A stretch of 64,000 nt of DNA from Azolla caroliniana. Taxonomy: Eukaryota; Plantae; Polypodiophyta. The position numbers and the translations under genes were made by a program. Shown here one piece after another: positions 24,401 to 37,495 of the stretch. The notes under the pieces were generated by a model, which was not told the origin of the DNA, made no database searches, and saw only the letters and a program-made list of their open reading frames with translations. The stretch spans positions 496,001 to 560,000 of the forward strand of contig JBHGNT010000015.1 of NCBI GenBank assembly GCA_043228905.1. Direction: 5' to 3'. Within the stretch, counting starts at the first letter, position 1. Every line of letters starts with the position of its first letter.

Positions 24401-27400
24401 GGAGCGCCGGTGCTGCCGCAAGAGCTTCCTTCAGCTTCCGGACCGACTCCGTGTGCTCGTCTCGCCACTCGAATTTTCGTCCTTTCTTCAGCAACCCGTA
24501 TAGCGGCTCCGCAACGTGGGCGTAATGCGGGATCCATATGTGGTAGAATGTGCACGCCCCCAAGAACCTCCGAACTTCCGTAACCGAGCTACAGTCGGTC
24601 TTCATCACGGAGATGGCTTCTACTTTTGCCGGAGACGGCTTCCGGCCATATGGTCCGCATAGGTGTCCGACCACTAGGATTTCTGATTTCCCGAAGGCCG
24701 ATTTCTCCCCGGAGAAGGTGAGCCTCGCAACCTCTAGCCTTTGTAGCACCTTCTCGCAGTCGTCGATGTGTGTTACCACGAATCGCCGGCATCCGTCCGG
24801 CCCGAGTGTCTCGTCCTTCTCTTCCACCGGGCACCCCTTGATCGGGATGTCGTCTAGAAATGGCATGGTGATGTCCGGGATGCAATCCCTCAGTACCTTG
24901 TTCATTGCATTCACCATGTGGGCCACCGAGTTGGTCCCTCCTTGTGGCAGGGTACACATTCGCACTAGGCCGAGGGGAGTTCGCATCGTCGTAATGTCTC
25001 TGCTCTCCACGGCTAGCTGGAACTGGTCGTACCCCGACTACAGATCACCGACCGAGTAAATCGACCTTCCGGCGAAGGCTTTCTCGTGCCTTCCGAGCAT
25101 TCTCCGAAACCGGTCTTCCTCTGCCGGCAGTAGGAACCCGCCCCCACCGATTTTGAGCTCTCGGAGCGTCCCCTCGGTGAAGGTGTGTCCTATGCAGACT
25201 GGATCTCATAGACTGGGGTCCGACGCAACCCCTCTGATTCGGGACTCGCTGCCCTCCGGTAAGGGTGCCGCGACTGGCCTTACCTTCCGGTCCACCGTCT
25301 TGTACTTCGTGCTAACCCGGGCCGTCCGATCCGACCCGAGCCCCTGACTGAAGTTCGCGATGACTTCGTACATCTCTTCGGAACATACCAGTATCGTCCG
25401 GTCTTCGTTAAGGTCTTCTCCGGCTACCTCCCTCAGCATTCCCAAGGTGTCGTCGAAGGAGACCGCCTCCATGGCTCCGCTGACTTCCTCGTCCGGGCCG
25501 AGAACTCCGCACGCTCGAAGTCGCTCCTCCGCCCTTGCCCTTTCTCGGCCAACAATGCTGACTATCATACACCCTCCGTCGTTGGAGAAGAAAAATTTTC
25601 TACCTATCATACAAGGTTTCTTCGGTTTCCCGAGTGTCTGGACTGTCTCGGCCCCCCGCCTTGGTAACCCTCTCTAAAAATCCTCTCGGTTCTCGCCACT
25701 GAGGGATTCGCGGTTTCGCTCGTGGTTCGGCCGCACCGTCAGAAATTGGACCGAATGGCGACCATCCTGGCTTTTGACCCTCGCGTAGGCCGAACCGTTG
25801 TCCAGCACCTTGGTCTCCATTCGCGCCGCCGTGATGTATGGTTCCCCTAATATGACTGGGTGCGAGGACGTCTCCTGTACGAAGAAGTGTTGGTCAATCT
25901 CGACGTCGCCGATCTTGACTCGCACTTTCGGGCAGGCCCCGTGCAGTTCCTCGGTGGCGCGCGTCGCAGTCCGTATCTTCCACTCATGCTTGGTGTTGAT
26001 CGGCCACTTTCCCTTCTTATAGAAGTCCATGGACATCAGGTTTATTTCCGAACCGTGGTCCACCAGTGCCACCACGGGTTCCTGAACATCTCCGATCTTT
26101 ACCGGGGTCTCCGTGGTCGCTCGGGCCCAGTGTGGCCTCGAATAGTGGTTCTCCGCCCACTCATCTTCCAGCGCCAAGTCGTCGATGTGCGTCGTCCGCA
26201 CCTCCACCGGTCTTTCCGGTTCCGTCTCCGTCGACAGCCTCTTCCGCTTCACCAAGTCCACAATGGAGTCGTGGAACTCCTTCTTAGCGATCCCTAGCAC
26301 CTCCCGCAATGACAGCTCCACTTTGCTGTCGAGGATCCGTTCTTCTAGGACTTTTTGTAGGTCCGTGGTCCTTTCTATTTCCGTCCCCAGTCGGTATCCG
26401 CCCTTCCTGGGGTTATCTTGCGCACTGGACCCACCGGCATCGTTCCGTCGTTGCCCGAATCGGGTCTCGTATCGTTGTGAGGGACTGGCCGCTCCGGCTT
26501 TCCCTACTCGTTTGTCTTCTACCAGGGCCTTGTAGTTCCGGCAGGCGGCTTCCACGAAGCCCGTCTTCTTCTCAACCGGGTCGCTCCACCCGGTTATTTC
26601 CCGGACCCGTCTCTCAGCGCGGTCCGCTTCATCTTTCCTCAGCCGTGCGCCGGCGAGGCCTTCCAGCATTGCCGACCAAAATCCGTCTTCGCTCTCCTTT
26701 CGGGCCTCGCTGCCCCCGACCCGAATACCGGCCGACGCCGAGTAGTGGATGGCCTCCACGTGTCGGGCCGCTGCCTATTCCATCAGTCCCTGCATACCTC
26801 CTCGCCCGTCGTTCCGGTTTAGGGCCCTTTTGGTATCGCCGGCGTGCACCTGGCTTTCCACTAGGTGCACCACCCGGTTCCTCAACGCCTCTGCGAAATT
26901 GCCGCAGTCCTTCCGAATGTGGCCGACCTCGTCGCACCACATGCACCTGTTCCCTGCTACCGGTCGTCGGTCACGAGCCGGTTCGCCGCCTTCCCTTCGA
27001 GTCTGGGCGATCTGGAGATCCTTTTTCGCTCACGTCAACTCCTCTAGCGCTGCTCCTCCGGACGAGTCATTGACCATGCCGATCGAAGCCAACCCGGTTT
27101 CGAGCCACTCCCGGGCTTCTGCCCTTCGCCCTTGCGGTGCTGGTTCAAGCCTCCTTGCTGTGACAGAGCCCGCACCGGCCGCCCCGTTATTAGCCCATTC
27201 TCGTCGTTTGTCGAAACGGCCACAGACTCTCTTAACCGCAGCCCAGTCGGTCGTCAGCTCGTCCTCGGTTTCCAGCAAGGAGCCGACTTGATCCCGGTCC
27301 CGCTTGTCCATCGACTTGACGAACAGTAGGACCCGGCTCGTATCCAGAATGGTTCGGTCAAGCGCCGAAAGGCGCGCAAAGCGTTCTTCGAACTCCCGGA

Positions 27401-27803
27401 GGAGTGCTGACGTGTTTCTTCCCTTGCCGGGGGACTCCACCCATTCCATGAAGTCCCGTTTCGAAAGCCGGAGCGCGTCGTCCAGCCCGTATTTTTCTAG
27501 GAGTCGGCCTTCGAACTCCTCCCAGGTACGGCTCTCCGCCCGTACCTCGAGCACCTCTGCATGGATGCTCGGCATCGCCACTCGAGGGAACCCGGCAAGA
27601 CGCCTCTCTTCCGGAATGTCCCGCATCAGCATTTCTGCCCCAGAGGACGCCAAATACTTCGTGGCATCCTTTCCGCTGAACCGGCCGATCGTACCGACGA
27701 CCGCCTCAATGGCTCTGTCGAGGGCGCCGGTGTCGCGAAAATACGACGAGGATACGCGAACTTGAGGCAGGACCCCGGGGCCTCCGACCGAAGGATAATC
27801 ACA

Positions 27804-29121
27804 TGTGTACGTTTATATTTTTAACAATTAACAAAAAGAAGAAATTTAAGAATTTTCATTAACAAAGGAAAAAGAAATTACAATATGTCCCAAGATTGGG
27901 ATTTAGAAGTTTTAGGTTTACTAAGATTAATAGAAAAGAAAAATTAGGGGTTTTGGTAGATATGGCTTTTGTAGGGAAGATTAGGATTAGGTTATATGAG
28001 TATTATGGCTTCCGTAGGGAAGATTAGGGTTTTTGAGTGTTATGGCTTCTCTAGGGAATTTTTTGGTTTATGAGAGTTATGGCTCCCTAAGATAAGGGAG
28101 TTGAGAAGGACAAGAAAAATTAAGATAATATGGAGAGTCTCCCCTAGTGTAGGAAAAAAAAATGGAATAAAAATGGAGTTCTCTCTTGATCATAGCCTTT
28201 TCACTTTTTGTTGCATGGCCTCTACTTTTAGTTGCCTAGCTTTTTCTTTTGGTTGCATGTGACTGTCCACATGACCTTTACTTTTTCCATGCACTCCCTT
28301 CTTTAGTTGCTTGCGTCCACATGGCCTTTACTTTAGTTCTCTTCACTTTACTTTAGTTTGTTGCATGATCCAATCTTTCGTCCGTCCGCGTCCAACATCG
28401 TCCGGTAGCCGGTTCCATTTTACTTGCCGGTCGGTTCCGGTTCCGATTTTGCTTGCCGACCGGTTCCGGTTTGCTTGCCGGTTCCGGTTCCGGTTTTGCT
28501 TGCCGGCCGGTTTCCGGTTTTGCCTTCCTATTCCGGTTCCAGTTTTGCTTGCCGGCCGGTTCCCGTTTGCTTGCCGGTTCCGATTTGCTTGCCAATTCCG
28601 GTTCCAGTTTTGCTTACCGGCCGATTTCCGGTTTTGCATACCCGTTCCGGTTCCGGTTTTGCTTACCGGCCCGTTTCCGGATTTGCTTACCGGACCCGTT
28701 CTCCGGATTTGCTTACCGGCCAGTTTCCGGTTTTAGGGATTTGGCCACCATCATCCATCAAGACAAAGTGGCCAAAGTTCTCTCAGCACAAATGAAAAAT
28801 GAGGGAGCTCAAGGTGTTTATATAGCCAGGGCCTTAACTTTCCTATCTATGTGGGATAGTTCTAATTTCTCTATCTAATCAAACTTCATTTTCCCATAAC
28901 TTGATATGTATTTCTCCATTTTGTATATAGTAAAATACATTTTGAAGCTCTTGAGTATATCCATCTTTCTATAGTAAGCTACTAATCTAATCTATAATAA
29001 TTATTTCATTATTTTTTTACCTAGTGTGTGAAGATTCACACGACACCGGTGCCCTTGCATGCGCTCAATATCCGATCCACGGCCGAAGCCATGGTCTCTG
29101 CAAGATCCGACCCCCTCGACA
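27804..29121 (-). mobile_element. LTR-like insert X (~1.3 kb) replacing the PBS, leader and gag start of D
   Basis: On the minus strand it starts TGTCGAGG and ends ...TACACA. It is AT-rich with CTATATAAA at 28817-28825 and internal tandem repeats, and is unrelated to D coding sequence on either side. Confidence 0.45.
28400..28735. repeat. Degenerate minisatellite of CCGGTT/TTTGCTT(G/A)CCGG units
   Basis: Directly visible. It generates multiple repetitive shadow ORFs. Confidence 0.9.
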
Positions 29122-32100
29122 CAAAGACGCGAGTGGGACATGACGCAGAGAGACACGAATGTATGTATATATATATTAACAAGGACAAACAACAAGAAGC
29201 ACGAAGTCGGTTACAACCGAACAGGCCAGCGAATAGATGTTGATGCATGTTCGTAAACGCTCAAAAAGAAAGGAGTAGGTTGGAGGTGCTGCCGGAAGCA
29301 CTCGGGCATTCCTCAGAGCAGCGCGAGCCTCCCGAAACCCTGCACAGAAAGAAGCTACAGAGTATGGAAGAGAGAGAAGCCTTCGGCCCACAACCCGACA
29401 GCACTTCGTCCTCTCCAACCGCGATTCACCACTCCTCCTCGTCTCCCTCCGACACCGGAAGTCGAAGAGGAGAGGCCTCCGTCACCAAAGGAAGAGGAAA
29501 AACAACCGACGACGGAAACTAATCGGGAAAGACCACCGACGCCGGAGAAAATTCCGAAACAAGCACCAACACTACCAACCCGCACACTGATACCGGACGA
29601 CGACATGCCGTTCCAGTACTCCAAGTATAGAGATGATCCGGACGTGGAAGCTCATGTGCACGCCTTTGAACAGACATGGGAAGCCAACCATGTGTTCCAG
29701 CGATTGACCCCGGAGGAAGAAGAACGCTCTAAGATAGCGGAATTTGGCGTCACATTGGAGGGACCGGCAGCAAGATGGCGCCGGACGCAGGACCCGTCTA
29801 CCATCAACACCTTTGCAAATTTAAAAGCTAAATTCTTGCATTTTTTTCAAAAGGAGGTGGACCAGACCGTAATGGTAGGCTTATTTTATACCATCTGGCA
29901 AGAGGCAGGGGAGAGCATTCCCCAATTTGTCATCCGGTTTCAACGGATGCATAGTCAGCTTGCCCGCGCACCCCCGGAAGAGGAATTACGGACTATATTC
30001 CTAAACGCGCTCCGGGAACCCCTACGCACGGTTTGCCCGGTAATCGACTTCCGCACAAGTACCATCGACCAGGTCATTGACCGGGTGAGAGATGAAAAAG
30101 ACAATCTCCTGGCTCACACTAGGAGCACTTCAACGGGCGTTACCGTCCGATGAAGACCTCCGGTTTCGGCAAGCAATACAATGCACAACTTGCTTGAATT
30201 CCGAACACTCGGCTCTAGAATGCACTATGAGGACGCAATGTGTAATCTGTCAATCCAAGAGCCATACGACGGATAGGTGCGAGTATAATCTATTGAACCG
30301 GCAAGCGCCGCCCGTCCGACAAATTGAGCCACGCAGCAGCCGGGATGAAGAAGACGAACGTTGGCGGCGAATGGACCGCGACCGACCGGCACAGGATGTC
30401 CGGTATGGCGATCGACGGGAAAATGATGTCCGGTACGGTGATCAGCGGGATAACTATGACCGGCATGATCGGTACCAGGATTACAATAGACGATACGAAC
30501 ATTACGACCGGGAGCACTCCCCCGGGTATCGTTAGCAACGGGAGGTATACGGCAGATATAACGGACAACCCCGTCAAGAGTACCGTAATAAGAAGAGCTA
30601 TAACAAAAAACGACATTTTAAAAAATGCGGCTATCCCCGGGATCCGGAACAAGGAGCTCCAAGCAGCCAACCGGTACAAAACCCCGCCCGTACCGTAGGA
30701 CCTGCCCCGGGTACAACAGACAATGCCGAATCTAGCAATACCCGGAAGGCCTACTGCTACTACTGCCGACAGGAAGGCCATTATAGTAACCAATGCCCGG
30801 TGAAGAGCTATGAAAAACGACCGGCGGTAAATATGGTAGTCCCTGAGGTGGCAGATCTGCAGCAGGTGACCACAAGGTCGAAGGGCATGGCCAAAGAATG
30901 GGAGACACAGGAGACCATCCGGAAACAAGCAACGGAATGGGTAAAGAAAGCAAACGAGCAGAATGTCACAGACTTACAGCGGCAAAAGGAGAACACCGCA
31001 GGGCTTGCCGGCGGTAGTCACTCCGAGAACGAGACATGGCAGGCGTTGCAAGAATGCTAGATTACGTTACCACTAGGAAGACTCCTACAACTCGTGCCAA
31101 GATTCACGGAAGGACTGAAGACGGCCATGACGGCCATGACGGCAGGAGAACCATCACCGGCACCGGTACTCTTCTCGAATCTGGAGGAGGGACCAACGGT
31201 GGTGGACACCAGCAGTCTGGTAATCACTCCCATTGTAAAAGGGAAAGAACTCCCCGGCACAGTTATAGACGGAGGCTCTGGGGTAAATGTAATAAGCCTC
31301 CGGACGTGTGATGACCTAGGAATCCACGAGTGGGAGCCGTGTCCGTTCTGGTTGCGGATGGCCGATACAAGCTCAGTGCTGCCGACAGGATTAATACGGA
31401 AATTAGAAGTCACCATCGGCGGTCATACATTTCACATCTCGGTCGTAGTGCTACAATTACAGGCACAAGGCGCATACCCGCTATTGCTAGGGCGGCCATG
31501 GTTGAAAACGGCACATATCAAACAGAATTGGCGAAAAAATATAATTACCTTCCGGCGAGGAAAAGCCAAGGTACGGGTACCAACACAGCCAAGGACGAGC
31601 ACTGGCAAGGAATGTACACCGTTGTATGCGGAATGCGTCAACATGCTAGAAGGGTTAGCGGACGAAGAAGAAGCTCAGTACTTGCAGGAAAACCCGAAGA
31701 TCATACCCCTCTTCGAAATTGACATTGCTGAAGCAGTAGCACCATACTTACCGCAACCGGAAGAGGCTGAACCAGAACCGGATAAAGACGCAATCCGGGA
31801 GTTACGGCAAGCGCAGGAAGCGTTGGAACGGGAAATGGCCGTTTCACAGCACGTGAAAGCGTCGCAACTGGAAGAGGTGAACCTAGGCACCACGGACGAA
31901 GCAAAACCGGTGCACATCGCCAAGGAGATGAAGTCCGAAGACAAAACAGCGATGATAACACTTCTCACGGAATTTTGCGATGTGTTCGCTTGGTCATACG
32001 AAGATATGCGAGGACTCGACCCTCAGTTATACCAGCATCAAGTGCACTTGAGCAAGGACGCAAAACCAGTGGCACAAGACGGTACCGGATGAATCCTAAT

Positions 32101-34739
32101 TATGCCGCCAAAGTCAAGGAGGAAATCGACAAACTGCTAAGAGTTGGCTTTATCCGTCCAGTAAAGAAAGCAACATGGCTGAGCCCGATCGTAGTCGTAC
32201 CGAAGAAGAACAGAAAAATTCGAGTTTGCGTAGACTATCGGAAACTCAATGCGGCTACGGTAACGGATGTGTTTCCACTTCCATTCATAGATGGAGTGTT
32301 GGATGCCGTCGCCGGCCATGAGGTCTATAGCTTCCTAGACGAATTCAGCGGGTATAATCAGATCCGGATGCACCCCGACGACCAAGAGAAAACGGCATTC
32401 GTCACCGAATGGGGGGGTCTTTGTGGCCATGGTGATGATGTTCGGACTCAAAACGGCATCGGCAACATTTCAACGAATCATCATTTAAATCTTTGGTGAA
32501 TATATACCGGCTTTTATGCAGGTTTTCCTTGACGATTTCGCCGTCTATAGCTGGGAGGAGGACCATTTTCAACACCTCCGTCTTTGTCTAGAAAAGTGTA
32601 GAACGTACCGGCTAAGCTTGAATCCGGCAAAGTGTGTATTTGGCGTGTCCAGTGAAACTTTATTAGGACATATTGTGAGCTAGGAAGGTATTGCAGTTGA
32701 CCCGGACAAAGTGAAAGCCATATTAGAAGCACCGGCGCCGGCAACGGCAAAGGCATTAAGCCGGTTCTTAGGCCAGATCCAGTGGCACAGCCGGATGCTC
32801 CGATACTTGGCCGACCTGGCTACACCGTTGCATGCCGCCGTACATCGGACACCATTCCAGTGGACCGACATTGAGGATAGGGCGTATAAGGCCCTCAAGG
32901 TACTATTGTCGCAGGCACCAGTAGTGCAGCCTCCGGATTGGAGTAAAGAATTTCATGTGTTCGTGGACGCCTCCGACATCGCAATCCGACACCAGTTTCT
33001 GAGCACAGGATTGCCTCCGGAAGAGATGAATCGGGACGAACGGAAACGCCTGGCGGTGCAAAGCCGACATTTCTGCTTACTGCAAGACACACTGTACCAC
33101 AAGGGCGCGGACGGCATATGGAGACGGGCGGTGCGCAGCGATGAAAAGGAACTGATACTGAGGGAAGCCCACTGCGGAGTTGCCGGCGGTCACTATGCCG
33201 GAGATGCGACGGCCAGAAAAATATGACAAAGTGGCCTATGGTGGCCAACGACATTAAGAGATGCGGTACAGTACGCAAAAGAATGTGACCTATGCCAGAG
33301 AATGGGCCAGCCAACGGAGCAGGCTCGTATGCCACACCAGCCGGTACTACCACTCGAGCCATTCCAAAAGTGGGGGCTGGACTTTGTAGGACCGTTCAAG
33401 CCACCGGCAATGAGAACGGGTAATCGGTACGTTATCGTTGCTACAGATTACTGCACGAAATGGGTGGAGGCCAAAGCTTTACAGGATAACACCGCTGCGT
33501 CAACGGCGAAGTTTCTATATGAGTACATCTGGTGCCATTACGGATGCCCAATTGAATTAATAAGTGACCAAGGGGGGCACTTTCTAGGCCAAGTAGTGGA
33601 AAGCCTGACGACATTCTATGCCGTTGTCCACAAACGGAGCACACCTTACTATCCACAGGCGAACGGTTTAGCGGAATCAACAAACAAGACGCTCCAGAAT
33701 ATCCTCCGGAAGATCGTCAACGAAAACCGGATGGATTGGGACACAAAGCTACATAGCGCGCTTTGGGCATACCGGACGGCATACAAAACGAGCATCCGAA
33801 CAACACCGTTCCGGTTAGCGTTCGGACTAGAGGCGGTCATGCCGGTAGACTTCCAAGTACCTAGTTTATGGAGCCAGCTACGGGAACGGCTGAACGAGAA
33901 GGAGTCGGAGGCAATAAGGTTGACAGCGTTGTGTGAGCTCGAGGAACAACGACTGGCCAGCATCCTACATTTAGAATTGGAGCAACGGCGACGGAAAGCA
34001 TTTGTCGACCGGCACAGGAAAGGTATCGAAAAAATGTTCGCAATCGGCAAACCGGTGTTAGTATTCCAAACCCGGATGGGCAAGATGCCGGGTAAACTAC
34101 GGTTTAGATGGACCGGACCGTATTGGCTAACACGGGAGTATAATGGGTCCTACCAGTTAGGGACACTTGCCGGCGAAGTGCTAGGCAAATGGGTCAACGG
34201 ATTCCGGTTGAAGGCATATAGAGGATCGATGCCTAAGAACCCATTTGAGCAAAGGACCAACACCAGTCAGGGAAACGGCAACCACCAAGACGGCAGAGAA
34301 GGCGAGCCGGTAACTGGGGAGAATGAGGCCGGTAAGGGTCCGAGAGGACCAACGGACAAGTGACGTCACACTAATAATAATAATAACTAAAATAAAAATA
34401 ATAAAAAACAATCATGCAAAAGCGAGGAATGAATGGATGAAAGAGCGAGGAGCGAAAAGGTACGTAGTGGGCATTTAAAGCGCCACCACAGGACATAATG
34501 CTATTTTAGTACACGACATGCACACACTCGAAAAAGGCGCCAGAATGCACAGACAAAAACCACTGCGCGTAGAGACCCTCTACTTTCGCGAACCCAGGAG
34601 CACAGAAGCACCAAGACGCTGCAAGATCATCAGACGAGAACCTGCGCACAGAGAACCCCCGCCTTCTGAACTCTCTCTTTCTCAACCTCACTCTCATCAC
34701 CATCCAACCTCGCCACCACCATCCGACCTCGACACAGAC

Positions 34740-37495
34740 ATGGACCCGCAAACGCTGTCGGAAGCCGCCAAGACATGGCTAAAGCAACACGGGCTCGAGG
34801 GCTTCTTGATGGTGATGGAAGTACCGCCACACAAAGAAGCCGACAAAGTGATCAAAGAAATCGATATAGAGGTCATAATGGCAAAGGCGATTCGAGCATT
34901 AACAGGCCTTCCGGAGGGAGGCATACTCACGATCGACAATCCAACCCCGGAGCAACTCATCAGGTATTTTGGTGAGTACTCTCTAGCCAGCAAGGGCTAC
35001 CGGACACAAGGCGGCGGAGATATGATGTTCCGCAAAATTGCTCGTGTGCTCCATGAATACGGCCACGTGTACCCTAGACCCCCTGTCATGCCGCAAAACC
35101 GGGTAGGGATGATCATCGCCACCTATGAAGGGATCAAGGTGGATTGGCCGGTATTGATCGCAGACGGGTTGTGTGCGGCGATCGAGATCGTCAGAGGCAA
35201 AGACGGCAAAGAAGGCCGAGACGGACGGAGGATATGGCACGCCGTAACGCAGTGGCTCACCTTGCTTGTGCCACCCGTCCAGACCATCCAGCCCAAGAAG
35301 CAAGGAAGAGTGGCGGACGGCACCCCAAGGACGGCTTCCAAACGGCAACAGTTGTTGGCCTCTAAGGCCACTAAGCGAAAGGCGGCGGATGCAGAACAGG
35401 CGGCAGCAGGAAGCGGCAGCCGGAAGCGACAAACGGAGGCGCAGGAGGAACCATCGGCACGCCCCGTAAAGGTCACACTCCGCTGACCGGTGAATAGAGA
35501 AGCGGACCCCTTGGCAGCAAAACTCAATGCCAGAGCTCAGGAGGAGGAAATAGGAGCAGCCCACGGAGCACCTCCAGCAACGGTCGTCGGCAAGGACCGT
35601 TCAGACGGAGGGAACACCGGCTCCCCTTAGTGAGACTCCCACGCCAAGGAAGGAACCGGAACCGGTGCATATGGCACCAGAAATAGAAGCCCCGGCACCA
35701 CCGGCAACACCGGCAAGTCCCATCCCGCCAGAGCCGGAAAGGTCAATGCAGCCTCCCTCGGTCAGCCAAGAAGCAGCGCAAGGGGAACCAGGACAGCAGG
35801 GTGGTCCACGGGCGGAAACGGAACTGCAACTCGGGGCAACCAGGCGGGACCACCCCTCTACAAGTGAGCCCATCTGTCAAACCTCCGTGCAAGCACAACA
35901 AGGTACCGGTAGCTTGTGGCTCCGGTGGATAGGCGAACAGATAGCCGGAGCAGTGGGGTATATTGAGGTGGAAGAAAGAGCGCAAAGCGAACGGTTGCTC
36001 GTCACAACCGAACAACTAGAGACGGCCCGGTCCAGAATCCGGTGCCTTGAAAAAGACTTGGATCAGGTCACGATAGAGATGGCCAAAATGGCCTTAACGG
36101 CAACACAGATCCAATCACCGGTGACTCCGGCAAGTCTACGGAATAAAGAAACGGAACGACCTGTACATAGCAATAAGACCCCGGCAACGAAAACAGTTCT
36201 GGCGAGAGATGCGGCGCAAGCCCAGGAGTTTGCGGAATTGACAGATGAACTTGCTGCACAAGAAGCGCTAAGGAGCCGTGAACGAGAATTGAAGACGGCG
36301 GCCGAAGCCAAATTAAAGAAGACTGTTGAGAACCTCCGCCGGGCAGAGGAGAGCCTCCGGAAAGGCCATCAAGCGTACGACCGGCTAAAGGAGGAGAAAG
36401 ACAAAGTGCTGCAGGAAAAGGACAAGCTACGGAAAACGGCGGAAACAGAGATTGAACGGCTAAAGGAAGAGCTCCGCCAGCAGAAGGACCGCGAGGACCG
36501 GGCCCGTCGTCAGATCAATGCACGGCTCAAGCAAAAGACAGATGATTTTGAGCACCTGCACCGGGACTACAAACGGCTGGAAACGGAGCATAAAGAACGG
36601 ATGGCCGAGCTCCAACAGGCAGTTGATCGGGCCGCGACGGCGATCGCCGACGAACGGGCGGAAAATACAAGACGCTTGGACGAGGCGGAGAAGGTCCGGA
36701 TGGAGCTCCAGAGGCAGCAGCAGGAAGACAAAGAGAGCGTCAACAGTATTGCAGAAATTACAAAGCACATATCAAAGGCAATTGACGCATTACAAGGCGT
36801 AGGCGGAGGACAACGTCAAAATCATCAAACAACTGAAGGAGGAACGGCAAGCGGCGGAATCCAAATCGCAATTGGGAACGAGCCGGATTCAGTCCATCCT
36901 CCGGGCATGGCTGAATTAGACAAAACACTTGATTGATGAAAGCTCCGTAAAATGGTGGACAAAGTGGGCACAAAACGCGGCGGAACTCCAGTTGCTACGG
37001 GCAGATGTGGCAAACCGGCGAAAGGAAGGATATGACTGTTATACGTTGACTTCCGAGGACTTCACCACCATACGGGACGAGCTGGTCGACGACTTCCAAG
37101 TCCTGGCAGATGAACAGCTGGCGCAGGTCAGGCAGCTCGTAGCTCAGCTAGACGATGATAGGCTGGACGCTCAAATCCAGTTTGAAAGCTACGAGCGGTC
37201 CCAGGTGCGGGAAGAAAAAGCACGAGAAGCGGCAACGGTTAACCTTAGTGATGAGGAACCGTCGCCGGCTGAGGGCCAGCCGGGTACCAGTCAACCGGAG
37301 ACCACTACGACGCAGGGAGCAACGACGGAGACGCCGGTGTCAGAGCAACAAACGGAGGAGCAGCCGCAACAACCACCAACGAACCCACCGCAGCAGACAT
37401 CAACAGAGCAACAACAACAACAACAACAACCACTTCCAGATGAACCATTGGAGCCTCTCGAACAAAGCATTCTGGACATTTTGGACGAAGAATAG
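34740..37495 (+). pseudogene. Extra sense ORF of element C downstream of integrase: globular N-terminus, Pro-rich linker, long coiled coil and acidic/Gln tail. Broken into 34518-35486, 35665-36936 and 36929-37495.
   Basis: Three long colinear ORFs lie between the integrase stop (34363) and the 3' LTR. There is a heptad E/K/R/Q-rich segment at ~36230-36780. Confidence 0.65.

Larger units (their letters stand above)
21865..29450 (-). mobile_element. Ty3/Gypsy retrotransposon D (copy 1) inserted in the 5' LTR of C. 3' LTR 21865-22456; partial 5' LTR ~29116-29450; gag-protease ~25674-27800; RT-RH-INT ~22530-25610.
   Basis: LTR reads TGTCGAGG...TTCACGACA, with a PPT (rc GGTGGGGGCGGA) at 22457-22468. 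Motifs: CCHC CMWCDEVGHIRKDC, protease LVDHGSE, RT TLPQGGTNS/PFLDD, RNase H, integrase HHCC, ADRGE/NGKVE and WFGPY. Confidence 0.9.

Noticed and set aside
28311-28878. Several overlapping 80-140 aa ORFs
   Set aside because: Artefacts of the CCGGTT-type minisatellite.
29021-29115. Possible hammerhead ribozyme or group II intron domain V in the hairpin cluster
   Set aside because: No CUGANGA/GAAA core and no convincing AGC-triad domain V on either strand.
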